Below, piece after piece: positions 1 to 11,907 of a stretch of 64,000 bases of DNA. The notes beneath the pieces were generated by a model. That model saw only the letters and a list, made by a program, of their open reading frames with translations. It had not been told where the DNA came from and did no database searches. Every line of letters starts with the position of its first letter. Within the stretch, counting starts at the first letter, position 1. The stretch comes from Camelus dromedarius (lineage: Eukaryota). Made by a program: the position numbers and the translations under genes. The DNA lies in assembly GCF_036321535.1 (NCBI RefSeq), contig NC_087437.1:38752001-38816000 (forward strand), in the 5' to 3' direction.

Positions 1-734
1 TATCAACGTGATGGTTGATTTACTAGCACAAGATGACAAGCAAGCTAGTAAGTTGTAAAAATCATCTATACATAAGCACAAGGACACACTGACTTGTAGG
101 AAAGGCCTAGGCCCTAGATCACCCAACCGAACTGGGAGGCCTGGTCTTTTTTGGATAAAAACAAAGAACATTTTGGGTTATTATATCTCTACCTACTAAT
201 ATTCTAATTTTTCCGCAGCATCATTCTTCTTCATTTCTCAAACAATACATTCTTATCCATATATTTATTAAAATAGTCACTGGACTGCTGGGAGATTACA
301 GAGAATCACATGACACCCACTTACAGACCGCTCACCATGCTGCATAACGGTTAACTCCTTTCTCTGGTTCTCGTTCCAAATCTCACACTTGCTTTTTTTT
401 TTTTTTTTTTCCCATCTTTCAGAATTACTACATATTTCAATGCCTCTTTTTGCTTTTCCGTTTTAATTTTATTAATCCAAAAGTCCCCAGAGGGAAACTC
501 CTTGGATGTTTTCCCAGAGTAACCTTTAACCTATTTTCATCACAGTCCACCCCACCCCAAAGTTTACAGTTAACTACACTGCTCCTATCATAGAGCTCTG
601 CAAGTCACCTTCCTTCTGTGCTGATGAAGTAACAGACAGACCTGGAGCCTGGCGTACAGTGTCAGGCAAACTTTCACGTTCCCTTTCCACCTTGTGAGTT
701 CCCAAGTGTCATGAACGGAAGAGAGGATACTTAC

Positions 735-841
735 ATCTGCCTCGGATTCTGGGTCAGCTTCGGGGGGCCCTTGTTCTTGAAGCTCATGTCCATTCTCTGG
801 GTCTTCTGCCTCGTCTTGGTGCTGGTTGTCTCTCTCATAGG
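735..841 (-). CDS. GOLIM4: GOLIM4 exon 12 (107 nt)
   Basis: Acceptor tttgctag|, encodes (A)YERDNQHQDEAEDPENGHELQEQGPPEADPESEAD, donor GAT|GTAAGT. Confidence 0.94.
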
Positions 842-2139
842 CTAGCAAATCAAAGGCCTCATATCAGTCCAAATGAACCAGGCAGGATTCTTCCCTTTCA
901 AAGCTAAGGAGAGCCACCAGTAGGCTCTCCTACAGACCAGTTCATCCACTCACCTCTCTAGCTCAGTTAGCTCAATGTAAGGCTTTAGCTTTTTTGGAAA
1001 AGTCACGTCCTTTTTCCAGGCTGTGTGTCTACAGAAATCGTGTGAGTAAGTGACACCATTCTAACTCTCTAACTTCCATTTATAAACTTCTGTTTATAAC
1101 AGAAGCTGCAATTTTTCCCCCATTATGCAAAAAACAACAATCAAAACTTTCTCAATAAAATAAAGCCCAGTCAACTGGACATCACTAAAATGATCAACTA
1201 ATTCTTTAGTAATGTCAGAGAAAATGGCAAGGCACCAAAAGAAGAAACTGATGCTACTTCAGGAAATGACAGAGAGAACAACCCCATCTGTGGAGCTCAA
1301 ACACAAATTCAGCCCATCTCGACCTCTCTGCGGTGGCAGCGATGATGACACCACGAACGTCGCACATCTATACTCACACACACGTTTACTTGCTAGTTTT
1401 TGAAAAAATATTTCAATAAAGAGAACTTAGATAAAAGCACACAAAAAGAAGAACAAATAACTTTTCCAGTCAGATATAAGAGAAAAGTTTAAATATATGG
1501 CGAGTATTTAGTCTGTGGAAAATAAAGATGCAGGTAACTTACCATCAGGTTTCAAGTGCACCAAGGGATCCATTAAATAGAGAACAAATCGTTCTCTAGT
1601 CTTACTGATAATGGGACAAAAAAGCTTTAAGTGCTGCATGGGGGGACATAAGGAAAACAATTTCTGACTACAAGGGCTGTAAAATACCAGAACGGCTACA
1701 GAGGGAGTTTGGGTAATCACCTTCCTTCAGCTGCTTTAGGAAAGGATACATGTCTAAGTGTCAGCACTGCCAGAGAGACGGTTCCTGTTTAGTTCTATTA
1801 TCACAGCAAGCAGTATTTGATAAATGACATACTAGATGTGCACCATAAACGAAAGCTACTGTTGACTTAATTTGAAAAACTTTCAAGGCAATAATCTAAA
1901 CACCTCCAAGGTAAGAAGATGTAGAAATTTCCCAAAGCATAACAGTCCTATGACAATGGGTCAGAAATAAGTGTTTAGTATTCAAAAAGCTTAATCTACT
2001 ATTTCCTCTCTACTCTAAAACATTAGAGAGGAAACAGGTTATCTTGTGTGATTTGGGCTACCAACGTGCTGTTTGGGAGGATTAAGAAAAACGTAACAAC
2101 AACAACAAAAGATACATGGTACTCAAATCTTTGTATGTA

Positions 2140-2572
2140 CAGGTATTCCTCACTTTCTGAAAGTTCGTTTTATGCCACTCTGCTTTTATGAAAGACTTAC
2201 ACTAGTACTTGTTTTGGTGAACCAAAAGAAATCAGAAGAGGATTTGAAATTCTACGAAAAAAAAGTGAAAAGCAAAAATAGTGTTCAGAGTTTGTTCTGC
2301 GAGCGAAAGCCTTTACAGAGGCAGCGCACACCCAGAGCAGAGCAGCAAGAGTGGAACCCCCCGCTCCTTCCCTGGGACCCACACTCAGCATCTCAGCTTC
2401 GCGCCCCCAGAGCTTTGAACTGTGCCTATGAGCACCCGGGCTCTATCTTGATTTATTCTGCATATCTGTTAGCAAGACGCTTGCTAAGGTAATTACTTCT
2501 TCCCTTTACACCATTCCCGCTTATGAAAGGTTTCACAGGAGTGTTTTACTTTCAGGTAGCAGAGGAAACCTG
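2140..2572. mobile_element. Non-autonomous Tc1/mariner (Tigger-type) DNA transposon, apparently full length
   Basis: Imperfect ~25-bp terminal inverted repeats (caggtattcctcactttctgaaagt ... actttcaggtagcagaggaaacctg) with TA on both sides. Subfamily not determined. Confidence 0.8.
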
Positions 2573-2657
2573 TATGTAGACGTGCATATAACTCTGAGTT
2601 GATATTATATATTGCCAAGCAGTTTTATTTAAACATTAATCATCTAAGAAGCCTCAC

Positions 2658-2740
2658 CACCTCCTTCCTCTTCCTGGACGCCCTGGTCCTCTGCTCCCTG
2701 AACAATATCATTATCCACAGCATCATAACGAGCTTGCTGC
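2658..2740 (-). CDS. GOLIM4: GOLIM4 exon 11 (83 nt; 80 nt if the other tandem donor at 2661 is used)
   Basis: Acceptor tcccttgcag|, encodes (R)QQARYDAVDNDIVQGAEDQGVQEEEG(G), donor region GGAG|GTG|GTGAGG. Confidence 0.9.
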
Positions 2741-3162
2741 CTGCAAGGGAAACAAACATTATGCACTCAGCAACACAACTTAAATAGCTCAGTTTGACAG
2801 TAAGTCATTTATCTTTAAAAACAGTTATCGACAAGTTTTTCAATAATTTTTTAAAAGCCATAAAATATTAAAGATTCCCAATACACTTTTGAAAGACACC
2901 TTAAAAACGATAAAATACCTTTCAAACGATAAAGCGAGCACACAACCTGCTAGGTTATTTTGAGACATAAGCTGTCATTTTGTAAGCCAAAAGAAAACGT
3001 TGATTACTTTGAAAATTAAATATTTGGAATTTAACATTCAGGTGGTAGTTCTGCCCCAACGACAGGAGCCGCTCAAGTTCACGGGCAACAAATACACGAA
3101 GCTGTTTTTAATCTGCTTATAAGAACCAGAGGAGGGGCCGCCCAGGCCCAGGGGGAGGCTAC

Positions 3163-3288
3163 CGTGGCTGCTCAGGGTGCTGCAGCCGGCCCTCCCCAGG
3201 CCCGGCCTGCCTCTGCCGGGCCGCCTCTCCGGCGAGGAGCTGGTGCTGGTGGTGGTGCTGCTGCTGCTGCTGCTGCTGCTGGTGGTGG

Positions 3289-3331
<43 letters not shown>

Positions 3332-3488
3332 GCAGCACGTGCCCCTGCAGCCTCTGCTGGTGCAGAGCCGCCTGGTGCTCCCGCAGCCGCCGTGCCTCCT
3401 CTGCCCGCAGCGCTGCCAATCTCTGCTGTTCCAGCTGCTCCTCATACGGTGACTGGAACCTGGTAGCCGGCTTGGCAGAAGGATACAC
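3163..3488 (-). CDS. GOLIM4: GOLIM4 exon 10 (326 nt, includes polyQ/H tract)
   Basis: Acceptor tgtcccccag|, encodes VYPSAKPATRFQSPYEEQLEQQRL...QHPEQP, donor ACG|GTAGCC; phase 2 fits exon 11. Confidence 0.93.
3240..3329 (-). repeat. Coding compound trinucleotide repeat (CAG)13(CAC)3(CAG)8(CAC)3 CAG CAC CAG
   Basis: Counted directly from + strand ctg/gtg triplets at 3240-3329. Confidence 0.95.
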
Positions 3489-5362
3489 CTGGGGGACAGT
3501 GAGCCGGCGCTGAGCAAGAGCAGTGAGGCCCCCCGGGCCTCCCTTCACTGCTTCTCAGGACACACACGCAGAAGGCGGGGCTGGTTTATCACTGCCTGTC
3601 TATAGGGTGAACTGTCATCATACAGTAGGTCCACCGCCACCCAGTGCTGGACCTTCTACTTCGCGACTCTCTGATCTCCCTCGGCTTCTTTTAGCAATTG
3701 ATCCTCCCATTTGCTGGCATTAAGGCAGATTTTCAGTGTGCTCCCTTCTCAAATGGAAGAGGGCACAGCAGAAGAAATCAGTTTCCAACCTTAATTAAAT
3801 TTATATTCAAAAGGCTCTGCCGTAAGTGGGCACTTACTAACCTCAAGACTAACTGGGGCAATTTATGAGCTGAAGCTGAGGTGAAGGCCTCTCCACAAAG
3901 AGCTGAAGACCTAGGAAGGCTGACTAACTCTAGCAATGTGCTCAGGCTAAGCACAGCCAAAAAGGGGGCAAATTTTAGATTAGGCTGGAAAAGCAGAGAA
4001 CCAAATTCTCTTCAAAGAAACCAAAAATGGTTGAGAAGACAGGGCCTTCTGATTAAAGGAAAACCTGATATAGAAATTCTTAAACTCTGCTTCCATTAAG
4101 CAATCTGCATTCTCTCACCTACCCCTGCCAAAGTAACATGAGCATGTACAATTCTCACCAAAGGAAAGAGGGTGCATGGCTGAGGGCAGTTAAAGCCAGT
4201 GGGGAATGATCATTCATGAAAGCTATGAAGGACCCAAGACTGGGAGAGGCTTCTCCATGCTAAGTTTGCAATAGTACAAGAGTGCACCTACAGAGGCCTC
4301 CACACCAGCTCAGCCAAAGCCTCCAGCAGCCTGAAGTTGTGGAAAGTGTGAAGCCAAACAAAGCTTAGGGCTATAAATAAAAGGTGCCCAGCATCCATGT
4401 AAAGGCCAGGTAGTCTATTGTCATGCATCACCTTAGAGGTTATGTAAGGTACCTCACCGCATTCAGTATTGCTTGCAGTTCTTTTAAGGTATCATTTATA
4501 ATAATAATGGGTGCTTTTCATAAATCGTACTTATGTGAGAGGAGAGTGCTCAGTAGGTGGAGCCTGAGCAGAGACTGGTAAAACACACTCACCCAGTGGC
4601 CTATCCTTAAGTGATAAGTTCAGCTTTTTGATGACTTAATAACCACCCGGAAGGTGAGTGTGCAAAAGCCAACATACGATTTGACAGTAAGTGAACAGGG
4701 AGGAAAGTACCTTTGAACACAGACAAGGAGTCACTTCTCAGCCTCAAGATGCCCATGGGACTTGAGCACAGACTGGGAAGGTGCCCAAGCAGGTGCGTGT
4801 CTAGTCTCCTGCTCGGTTAAAGGGGTGAGGCCCGGGTCTCCCTTACTCTGCAGCTATTGACAAAGATGATACATACACACATGGATACGTACACACACCG
4901 TCTGCTCCTTCTCTGTTCCCCTATCATCTTTCTGAGGCCAGGTAGCTATGCTACCAGCACCACAATGGAATATTTAAATATGTGCATACACCACTTAGTG
5001 AAATCACCCAAACTTTACTGTAGAGATTGTCATACATGGGAGGGCGTTTTCCTTAATAAAGCTGACCCTTGACCAATGTGGGGCTGGAGGAGCTGACCCT
5101 CTGTGCAGTGGAGAATCTTCCTAGCACTTTCAGTTAGCCCCTGTATACAGGGCTCCCCCACTGCCTCCCCATTGGGGCTCCCCTGTGTGCGCAGTGCTCC
5201 CTCTGCAGATCCAACCAACCAAGGAGCCTGGAGTATTCACCATGGCGAAAAACCGTGTGTAAGCGGAACTGCGAGGTTCAAACCTGCTCGGTTCTAGGGT
5301 CAGCTGTACGTAAAAACAAAGCCACGCCTGCATCCTGGCTGACTGGCGGCATGACCTCATAC

Positions 5363-5689
5363 CTCCCGAGCGGGCCCTTCCAGAAGGTTGGCTTCTTTGT
5401 GTTCACGCTGTTCCTTCCACTCCCGGTCCTGCTCTTCCGGGGACGGATCGTGCTCCTCCTCGAGATGCTGGGCCTGCCCGACCTGCTCCATGGCCTCCTC
5501 TTCCAGGGCCTTCCTGTGCTCCTCTTCCACCTGCCGTGCCTCGGGCTCCCGGGGCCCGGCTTCTTGCCTGCTCAGCTCTGCGGGAGCCCGGGGTTCTGCC
5601 TCCTTCTGGGTGGGAGGGTAAGGTTTCGTTTCTTCTGCTCTTCCAGGGACCGCTTCATGGTTCCGCCACACTTCGCTATTCCGAGACAC
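5363..5689 (-). CDS. GOLIM4: GOLIM4 exon 9 (327 nt)
   Basis: Acceptor ggcctag|, encodes VSRNSEVWRNHEAVPGRAEE...HLEEEHDPSPEEQDREWKEQREHKEANLLEGPARE, donor GAG|GTATGA. Confidence 0.94.
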
Positions 5690-7594
5690 CTAGGCCAAGC
5701 ACATCACTGGAAATGACACTCTTCTATTTCGAAAGTAGTGATAGAATTTCTTTATTACCATGTCTACGGGGTTACAACATAAGCAAAATCCTGGAGTCTA
5801 GAAAGAGAGTCCTGACTGAAAAGCATGGCTGCCATGGAGTCACTTAACTCTTCTCACTGTGTAATCTCACCTACAAAATAGAGATAACAAACAAAATTTC
5901 ATCGTGGAAGGAATACCATAAATAACCTAAAAGGAAAGCCTGTAAGTGACCACAACTCAGTAGACCCTGCCCTCAAAAGCAGTCTAACTGCTGTTCTCCC
6001 TTAGAATAAATAGGGTAAAACCCTCACACTTCAAATCATCAAATATTTACATAATTTTCTTCAGTATAAATTTTGCTTTCAATAATTATTTGGAAAGAGA
6101 AGGATAAGATCAAATTGAGGATGTTAGGTTTGTTTTTGTTAGTTAATATTAAAAAAAAGAATGCATTACTAATGGACATCCATGTTAGCTAAACCAGTGC
6201 CCATTAAACCAGATACAATTTAACATTTTTAATGTATTAAAATAGTATTTCTTTGTAAACCAGTAGCATTTCTTTTGTAAATATTTTGTATTGTTAATAC
6301 AAAACAGAAAGCTCTGAACAACAACAACAAAAAATACATGTCTGTTTACAGAGAATTCTTCTAAAAGTGGTTGATTTAAATCATTTTCCCTTCAAGTTTC
6401 AGAAATTTCTATATGGTCTTCATTACTTAGAAAAGAGAGAGGATATAATATCAATAGAAGAATGTGTCACTACCCCCGACCCCAACCTTCTTTATCAGAA
6501 AGAATACCTTCTTTGGTCAGATTGCTCTCCCATAATTGAAATTAATGTGAAGCCTGCTTCTTAAATAAGCAGAAACATAAATAAGAAACTGGATTGTATA
6601 AATCAATTAATCAAGGAAAAAAAAGTCCCTTCTCAGACATCCGAGGGCAACATTTAGAGGTGTAATTTTACCAGCCTAGCAAGTTTGAACTGACACTGCC
6701 CTGGCCTGATAGGAAATATCTCTCCAAAGAGCCCTAAGTGCTTTCACACGCCTGCCATTGATCTCCAGGGCATCCTTGTGAGAAAGGTTAGAGCAGATAA
6801 CTATTATCTCCGCCTCACAGACAGAAAAACTCAAAGTCTGAGTCATTAAAAGATTAATCCAGTAAACTGCTAGTGAAACGGGGACAGAGAACAGAACCGG
6901 TTCCCAGGCCGGGAAGCTGGCTGTTTCCTTAAGTTAGGAGCGACACACCGATGCAGACAAAGAACACCCACGATGGGACAGAAGCTGTCTAGGGAGGAAT
7001 GCTCTTCATGGACTGAAGATTCACATGAAGTCCACTCACATCAACTTAATTTTTCCCGTAAGATGATAAGAAGGAGACTTGGAGCAAGTCTTCTCAAACA
7101 TTCATTGTTAAAAACAACTGTGTTGGGGGGGGGGGAGATAACCATACTTGCCATTTTTACCACACGTGTGATGGCAAAAACAACCTCGTAAGAATTAATG
7201 ACAAAGGTGACACTACTTTTGATGATCCACTTGTGAGACATTATTAAGCAACAAGGCTTAATTTCTACAAAGAACAGGAATACAAAAAAGCGTATTCAGA
7301 GACTAGTACGTGTACTCTTGGCAGTTTTACGAAGGGCTTTTAATATAAACTTCGACATAATTCTGTATGGACCAAGTACTTCATCAAGTTCAAATACATT
7401 AGCAACTTTAATACTTGAGTGAGCTGATTATCACATAATATCCTCATGATCACTTAAACTTCTTACTCTACCTCCTGCCCCGGGGAAAAAAAAAAGAAAA
7501 ACAAAACCTTAAAAAACTCAGACATGACAGCTGTCTTCAAACAAATATACCCACATGAAGAAAGACAAAGCCAGTACAGTCTTTCCCAGAAAAC

Positions 7595-7760
7595 CAGCAG
7601 TCCTCAAAGTGCACCTCCCCAGACAAGTTGACTCAGTTAGAAATGCAGATTCTCAGGCCTCACCCAAATTAACTGAACTACCAACTGTGGGCTGGGGCCC
7701 GGCTGTGTTTTAACAGCCCTGCTGGGGACTCTGATGTATGCTAAAATTTGAGAACCAGTG
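7595..7760. mobile_element. MER5A-like hAT-Charlie MITE
   Basis: cagcagtcctcaaagtg ... gttagaaatgcagattctcaggcc ... ctaaaatttgagaaccagtg resembles the MER5A consensus with inverted ends. Confidence 0.7.
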
Positions 7761-7858
7761 TTCTGCAGGAAGAGTTGGCAATTTTTAGAACAGTTCACCT
7801 GAGGACAGCTTGACAGTGCAAGCGACCCCAACCACAGACACCAATTCGTGCCTCTTAC

Positions 7859-8014
7859 CTCCCGTGCCTCTCCGCGTGACTGGTCCCTTGCTGTGCTGTC
7901 ACCTTGTGGAGAACGCACCTGGGTAAAATTTTGCTGCTCTGCTTGCTCTGGTTTTCGAAAGCTTGGAATCCTATTCAGGGTATCTTTCAGTTGTTTATAT
8001 TCTGCAACTTGAGT
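7859..8014 (-). CDS. GOLIM4: GOLIM4 exon 8 (156 nt)
   Basis: Acceptor tatgcag|, encodes TQVAEYKQLKDTLNRIPSFRKPEQAEQQNFTQVRSPQGDSTARDQSRGEARE (contains NFT sequon), donor GAG|GTAAGA. Confidence 0.94.
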
Positions 8015-8728
8015 CTGCATACAAATTGCACAATTGGATGCAAATTGCACAATTTGAGGAGGGAAAAGGATATCATTCATAGATGGTTCGCTGCAAGACT
8101 AGACAAAAATATTACACCTAAATGCAAAGTAGGAAAAATATGCAGGTTGTTTCCATGCATTAGCTATACTTACTTCGACATGCTTAATCACTTTTCAGCA
8201 CATGCAAATTAGAATTAGAGTTAAAGGGAATGGAAAAAAAAATCTCTAAGACAGATGTTAGTTTCCTACGCTACATTAAACTAAGCCAGAATTTTTATAA
8301 CTTTCTAGTATAAATATCATTAAAAGTAAGACAGATATGCAATCGGTTTTATGACATTAAAATCTATTTTAAAATTCCACAGTTATATAAATATAAGTGC
8401 AGATATCTTTACCAACATGGTCTGAGTCTTTTCAGTGCAAAAGATGTATAAGTTTAAAATAAGTAATTGAAAATATATGTGTATAATCACTCAGGCCACC
8501 TACTTCTCCCAGTCAATTTGTGCTCAAAAAGGGTCCCTTCCTCTCCAGAACACTTAGACGATATTGTGCTCCGCAGTTTTGGAAAGCAGGAGCATAGGCA
8601 TGAAATGAAGCTGGATTTTTATTTTTCAATTCTGAATACCCTTTTCTTCTAACGCGATAAAGGCACTAATGTAGACATAGGACTAGAATATACTATATAT
8701 GTGTACCTTTGTATATATGTGGTAGGGT

Positions 8729-8748
8729 TTGTGTGTGTGTGTGTGTGT
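8729..8748. repeat. (TG)n microsatellite
   Basis: Direct reading. Confidence 0.85.
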
Positions 8749-9327
8749 AATATTTTTGATACAAGAAGCTAGAAAGACAGGAAAAATCAAGTACTTTAAG
8801 AATATCACTAGACTGTTTATACCTCGCTCATCATATGCACCAACATCATTATCCTAAAACAGAAATGCTGTGTGTGTGTAAACACCCACTTACATAAACA
8901 TATACCAAGAACACAGAAATCGTTTCTGAACGAGCTTCCCCGGACAGGGCCGCCTCCCTCGGTGTGCACAGCAGAGCGAGAGTGGAGGCTGGAACCCAGT
9001 CGTGCTCCTGCTGCCCAGCTGTGCACCTGCATGGCACTCTCCCCCTCCAGGAAGACGTGCCTTTCTGTCTTTTTCTAGTTCACACAGAGGCGAAGAGGTC
9101 TGCTTGCTAAACTGTCTCAGGGGACTGTTGCTTTATAATTTATACGAAGGTGTGCCATATGGCTAACAGCGGCCCTTAGCCCACAGACCTATCAAAACAT
9201 TTGCAAACCAACTTTAGAGGTCAAAGAAAAAAAATGGCATCCACATTGTGATTAAAAAATAAGACACACATTCTACCCCATCTTCTTTTTCCTCCTCCCA
9301 GATATAGCATCTTTGAAAGCAGCCATG

Positions 9328-9456
9328 CCGTGGTTCTCAAATATTAGCATGCATTAAGAATCATGTTAAATCATGGAAGGAGCATATTACAAATGCAGGC
9401 TCCTGGACTCCCGCCCTAGGAATTATAAGTCAATAGGTCTGGGGCAAGGCCCAAGT
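9328..9456. mobile_element. MER5-like fragment
   Basis: gtggttctcaaa...gcatgcattaagaatc...aaatgcaggctcctgg...taggtctggggcaaggcccaag. Confidence 0.6.
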
Positions 9457-11199
9457 AACTGTAATACAGGGCAGTGTCCACAAATCCCAGCTTAAGAGTT
9501 AAGTGTGACTTTGATGTCAGGGGGACCTAAGCTTCAAGCTTGGTTCTGGGCACTGATCTCGGGCCAGGTACGTACTCTGTTTGATCTCACTTTATTTACT
9601 TACAAAAATGATACAATATTATTTAACTCAAGAGGTTGTAAATATTAAGCAAAATTCTGTATATAAAATTATGATGATAATCCCTGACAAACTGTAAAGT
9701 CTCAAATTCTACTCTGTTCCTGCTTTCTCCATCAATTACATTTAAAAATCAGGTTATCAGGACAGAATCCCATAAGATGATTTATGTGAAAAATGAAGAT
9801 ACCTGAAACAGCATTTGTTGTCTAAGGAGATTTGGCAAAAGTTTTAAAATGGGGGTAAAAGAGCAGGAGAAACTTGGAGGCCCCAACAAAAGGAGCCAAA
9901 AAGAGAAATAGAAAATTCTTAAGTTATCTGTATATATGTAAGTTAAATATGGTTTTTTTTCTATTACAAAACCTTGTCAGTAGTACTCTCAGTGTGCTTA
10001 CAGCAGAATTTGTTCTGGGTCATCAACTGAACTATTTTACTTATATTTTTCTGAATTTTCAAATTGTTGCTTAGTGTAACATTTATGGCCATTATAGTAC
10101 ATAAAGTATTTAAATTGGTTGGTCACATTTTTCAGTGTCAAAAGTAGTTTCATGTAAAATACTACTACTTGGCAAAAACTTTATAAAGAAGGTTATGAAT
10201 GTAATAACATCCTCTAAAGTCAGTTTAACTTACACACGTGTGAAGAATCACCACACAGCTACAGTTTTGTAAGGAGACACCCAGTCAATGACAGCTCTGA
10301 AAAGGGGTCCCACAGACACAGACACTGCAGCCTCTGAGACGGATTAGCGTGCAGCATATTACACTTTTAATAATTTTATAAAGACAAAAAATAACACATG
10401 GTCTCCTGGTAAGCACAGATAGTTGGTTTTTCTTTGCTCTTTCCTTTTAATTCTTCCAAGAGAAGAAAAGTGAAGACCAGTGATTAAGACATCATGGCGA
10501 CTAAGGTGCCAGCCATTCCTATTCCTTTGCTTCGACTAGAAAGCTGTAAAGCATTCAGTGTGACGTTCCGTTAATAAGCTCTCCAACACTTGTATTTGTT
10601 TGTTTGTTCACTCAGAAAATATCTACTGAGGGCCAGCCTTGTGCCAAGGACTGTTCTAGGCTTTGAACAAATGAAGCTTACGACTTTTGTCTTTCCTTCT
10701 CTATTGACATGAGCTCTCTTCTGATTTCCTGTAATTTGACCAACAGCATATAAGCCTGTTCCCAAAAGCACTGTGTACAGGCTGGGAGCAAGGGAGGGAG
10801 GGGCAGAAGAGAAAGTCTGACAACAATTTATTTAGGTACCTAGCATCGTAAAATCCTACAGATCACATAGCAAGAGTCATCGCAGGTCAGGCAGTGGCAA
10901 AAGACCATGTATATGGGACAATCCCTGTGATTTAAGCAAATATTAAACTACTGCCTGTAGGAGCTGGTGGAGGGTAGAAACAGTCATATGCACCACACTG
11001 CCAGTGCCAAAAAAAAAAAAATCGAAGGTTTATTTCATGTTTCTTGATTGAGTTTTGAAAGCATGCATGATCTTCAGGAAAGCTCTGTCTTAAGGAACTC
11101 AGTGAAGATTGGCTTGTAAGAGACTCCATGCAGAGAGGAATTCAGAAATGCTAAGCCGACTTTAAATAAAGAACCCACAGAGGCTGCTACCCTTCTAAC

Positions 11200-11283
11200 C
11201 TGTGCAGCAGCTAGCGCACTCTTGTGGTCTTCCAAAGTCACTACAAGTTGTTCATGCTCCGAGAGTAAATTCTTATGCTGTTG
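11200..11283 (-). CDS. GOLIM4: GOLIM4 exon 7 (84 nt, symmetric, cassette-type)
   Basis: Acceptor ttttttgtgtag|, encodes QQHKNLLSEHEQLVVTLEDHKSALAAAQ, donor CAG|GTTAGA; phase 0-0. Confidence 0.94.
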
Positions 11284-11824
11284 CTACACAAAAAAGAATT
11301 TTACATGTTGAGTTTTAACATTCTGGGACAAACTCCTCCTGGGCAGACAGTGGTACGGCCACCCAAATGTTGGTTGCTTGTTTGTTTGTAGCTGCAGCAG
11401 CATTTGTTAAGTTCAAAAATCTTTACAGAGGGAAGACTATGATGAATGTAATATTCCACAATCTGAAATGTGCTACCCAAATATCATAATCACATACAGT
11501 GAAATCAAAACAAAAAGGAAAATATCGTTCATTATTAACAAACCTTTGCAAAAATAAAAAGCTTACTAAAATGCAACCATCCAGCAAAAGAGTCATTCCA
11601 GTACTAATGGACATGTTGGGATTTCCAGATTATCATTTAGTTTACGATGCAGAAGTGGTACAAGTATTGGGCACGGTTTATGCAAAGCCCAAAATCACTG
11701 TGTGGACTGTCAAGCAGGTCAAGTGGGAGCGACTTTTAGAGTCACTCTATCAGTGGAGGTGGGGGCTCCGTGGTGTAAAGCAGGCAAACACTATTAAACC
11801 GTCAGGTGCTGGGTTTTCCTTTAC

Positions 11825-11907
11825 CTTGACGTCCTGAAGCTGTGTGTGCATGTCCTGGTGTGCTCTCCTCAGCTGTCTGTTCTCTTCTCTCAGATTGTAC
11901 ACGGTTT
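11825..11907 (-). CDS. GOLIM4: GOLIM4 exon 6 (83 nt)
   Basis: Acceptor aatag|, encodes (E)TVYNLREENRQLRRAHQDMHTQLQDVK, donor AAG|GTAAAG. Confidence 0.95.

Noticed and set aside
3038..3517. Alternative-frame and antisense ORFs with polySer/Thr, polyAla and polyLeu/Val
   Set aside because: They are other readings of the exon 10 CAG/CAC repeat; no independent gene evidence.
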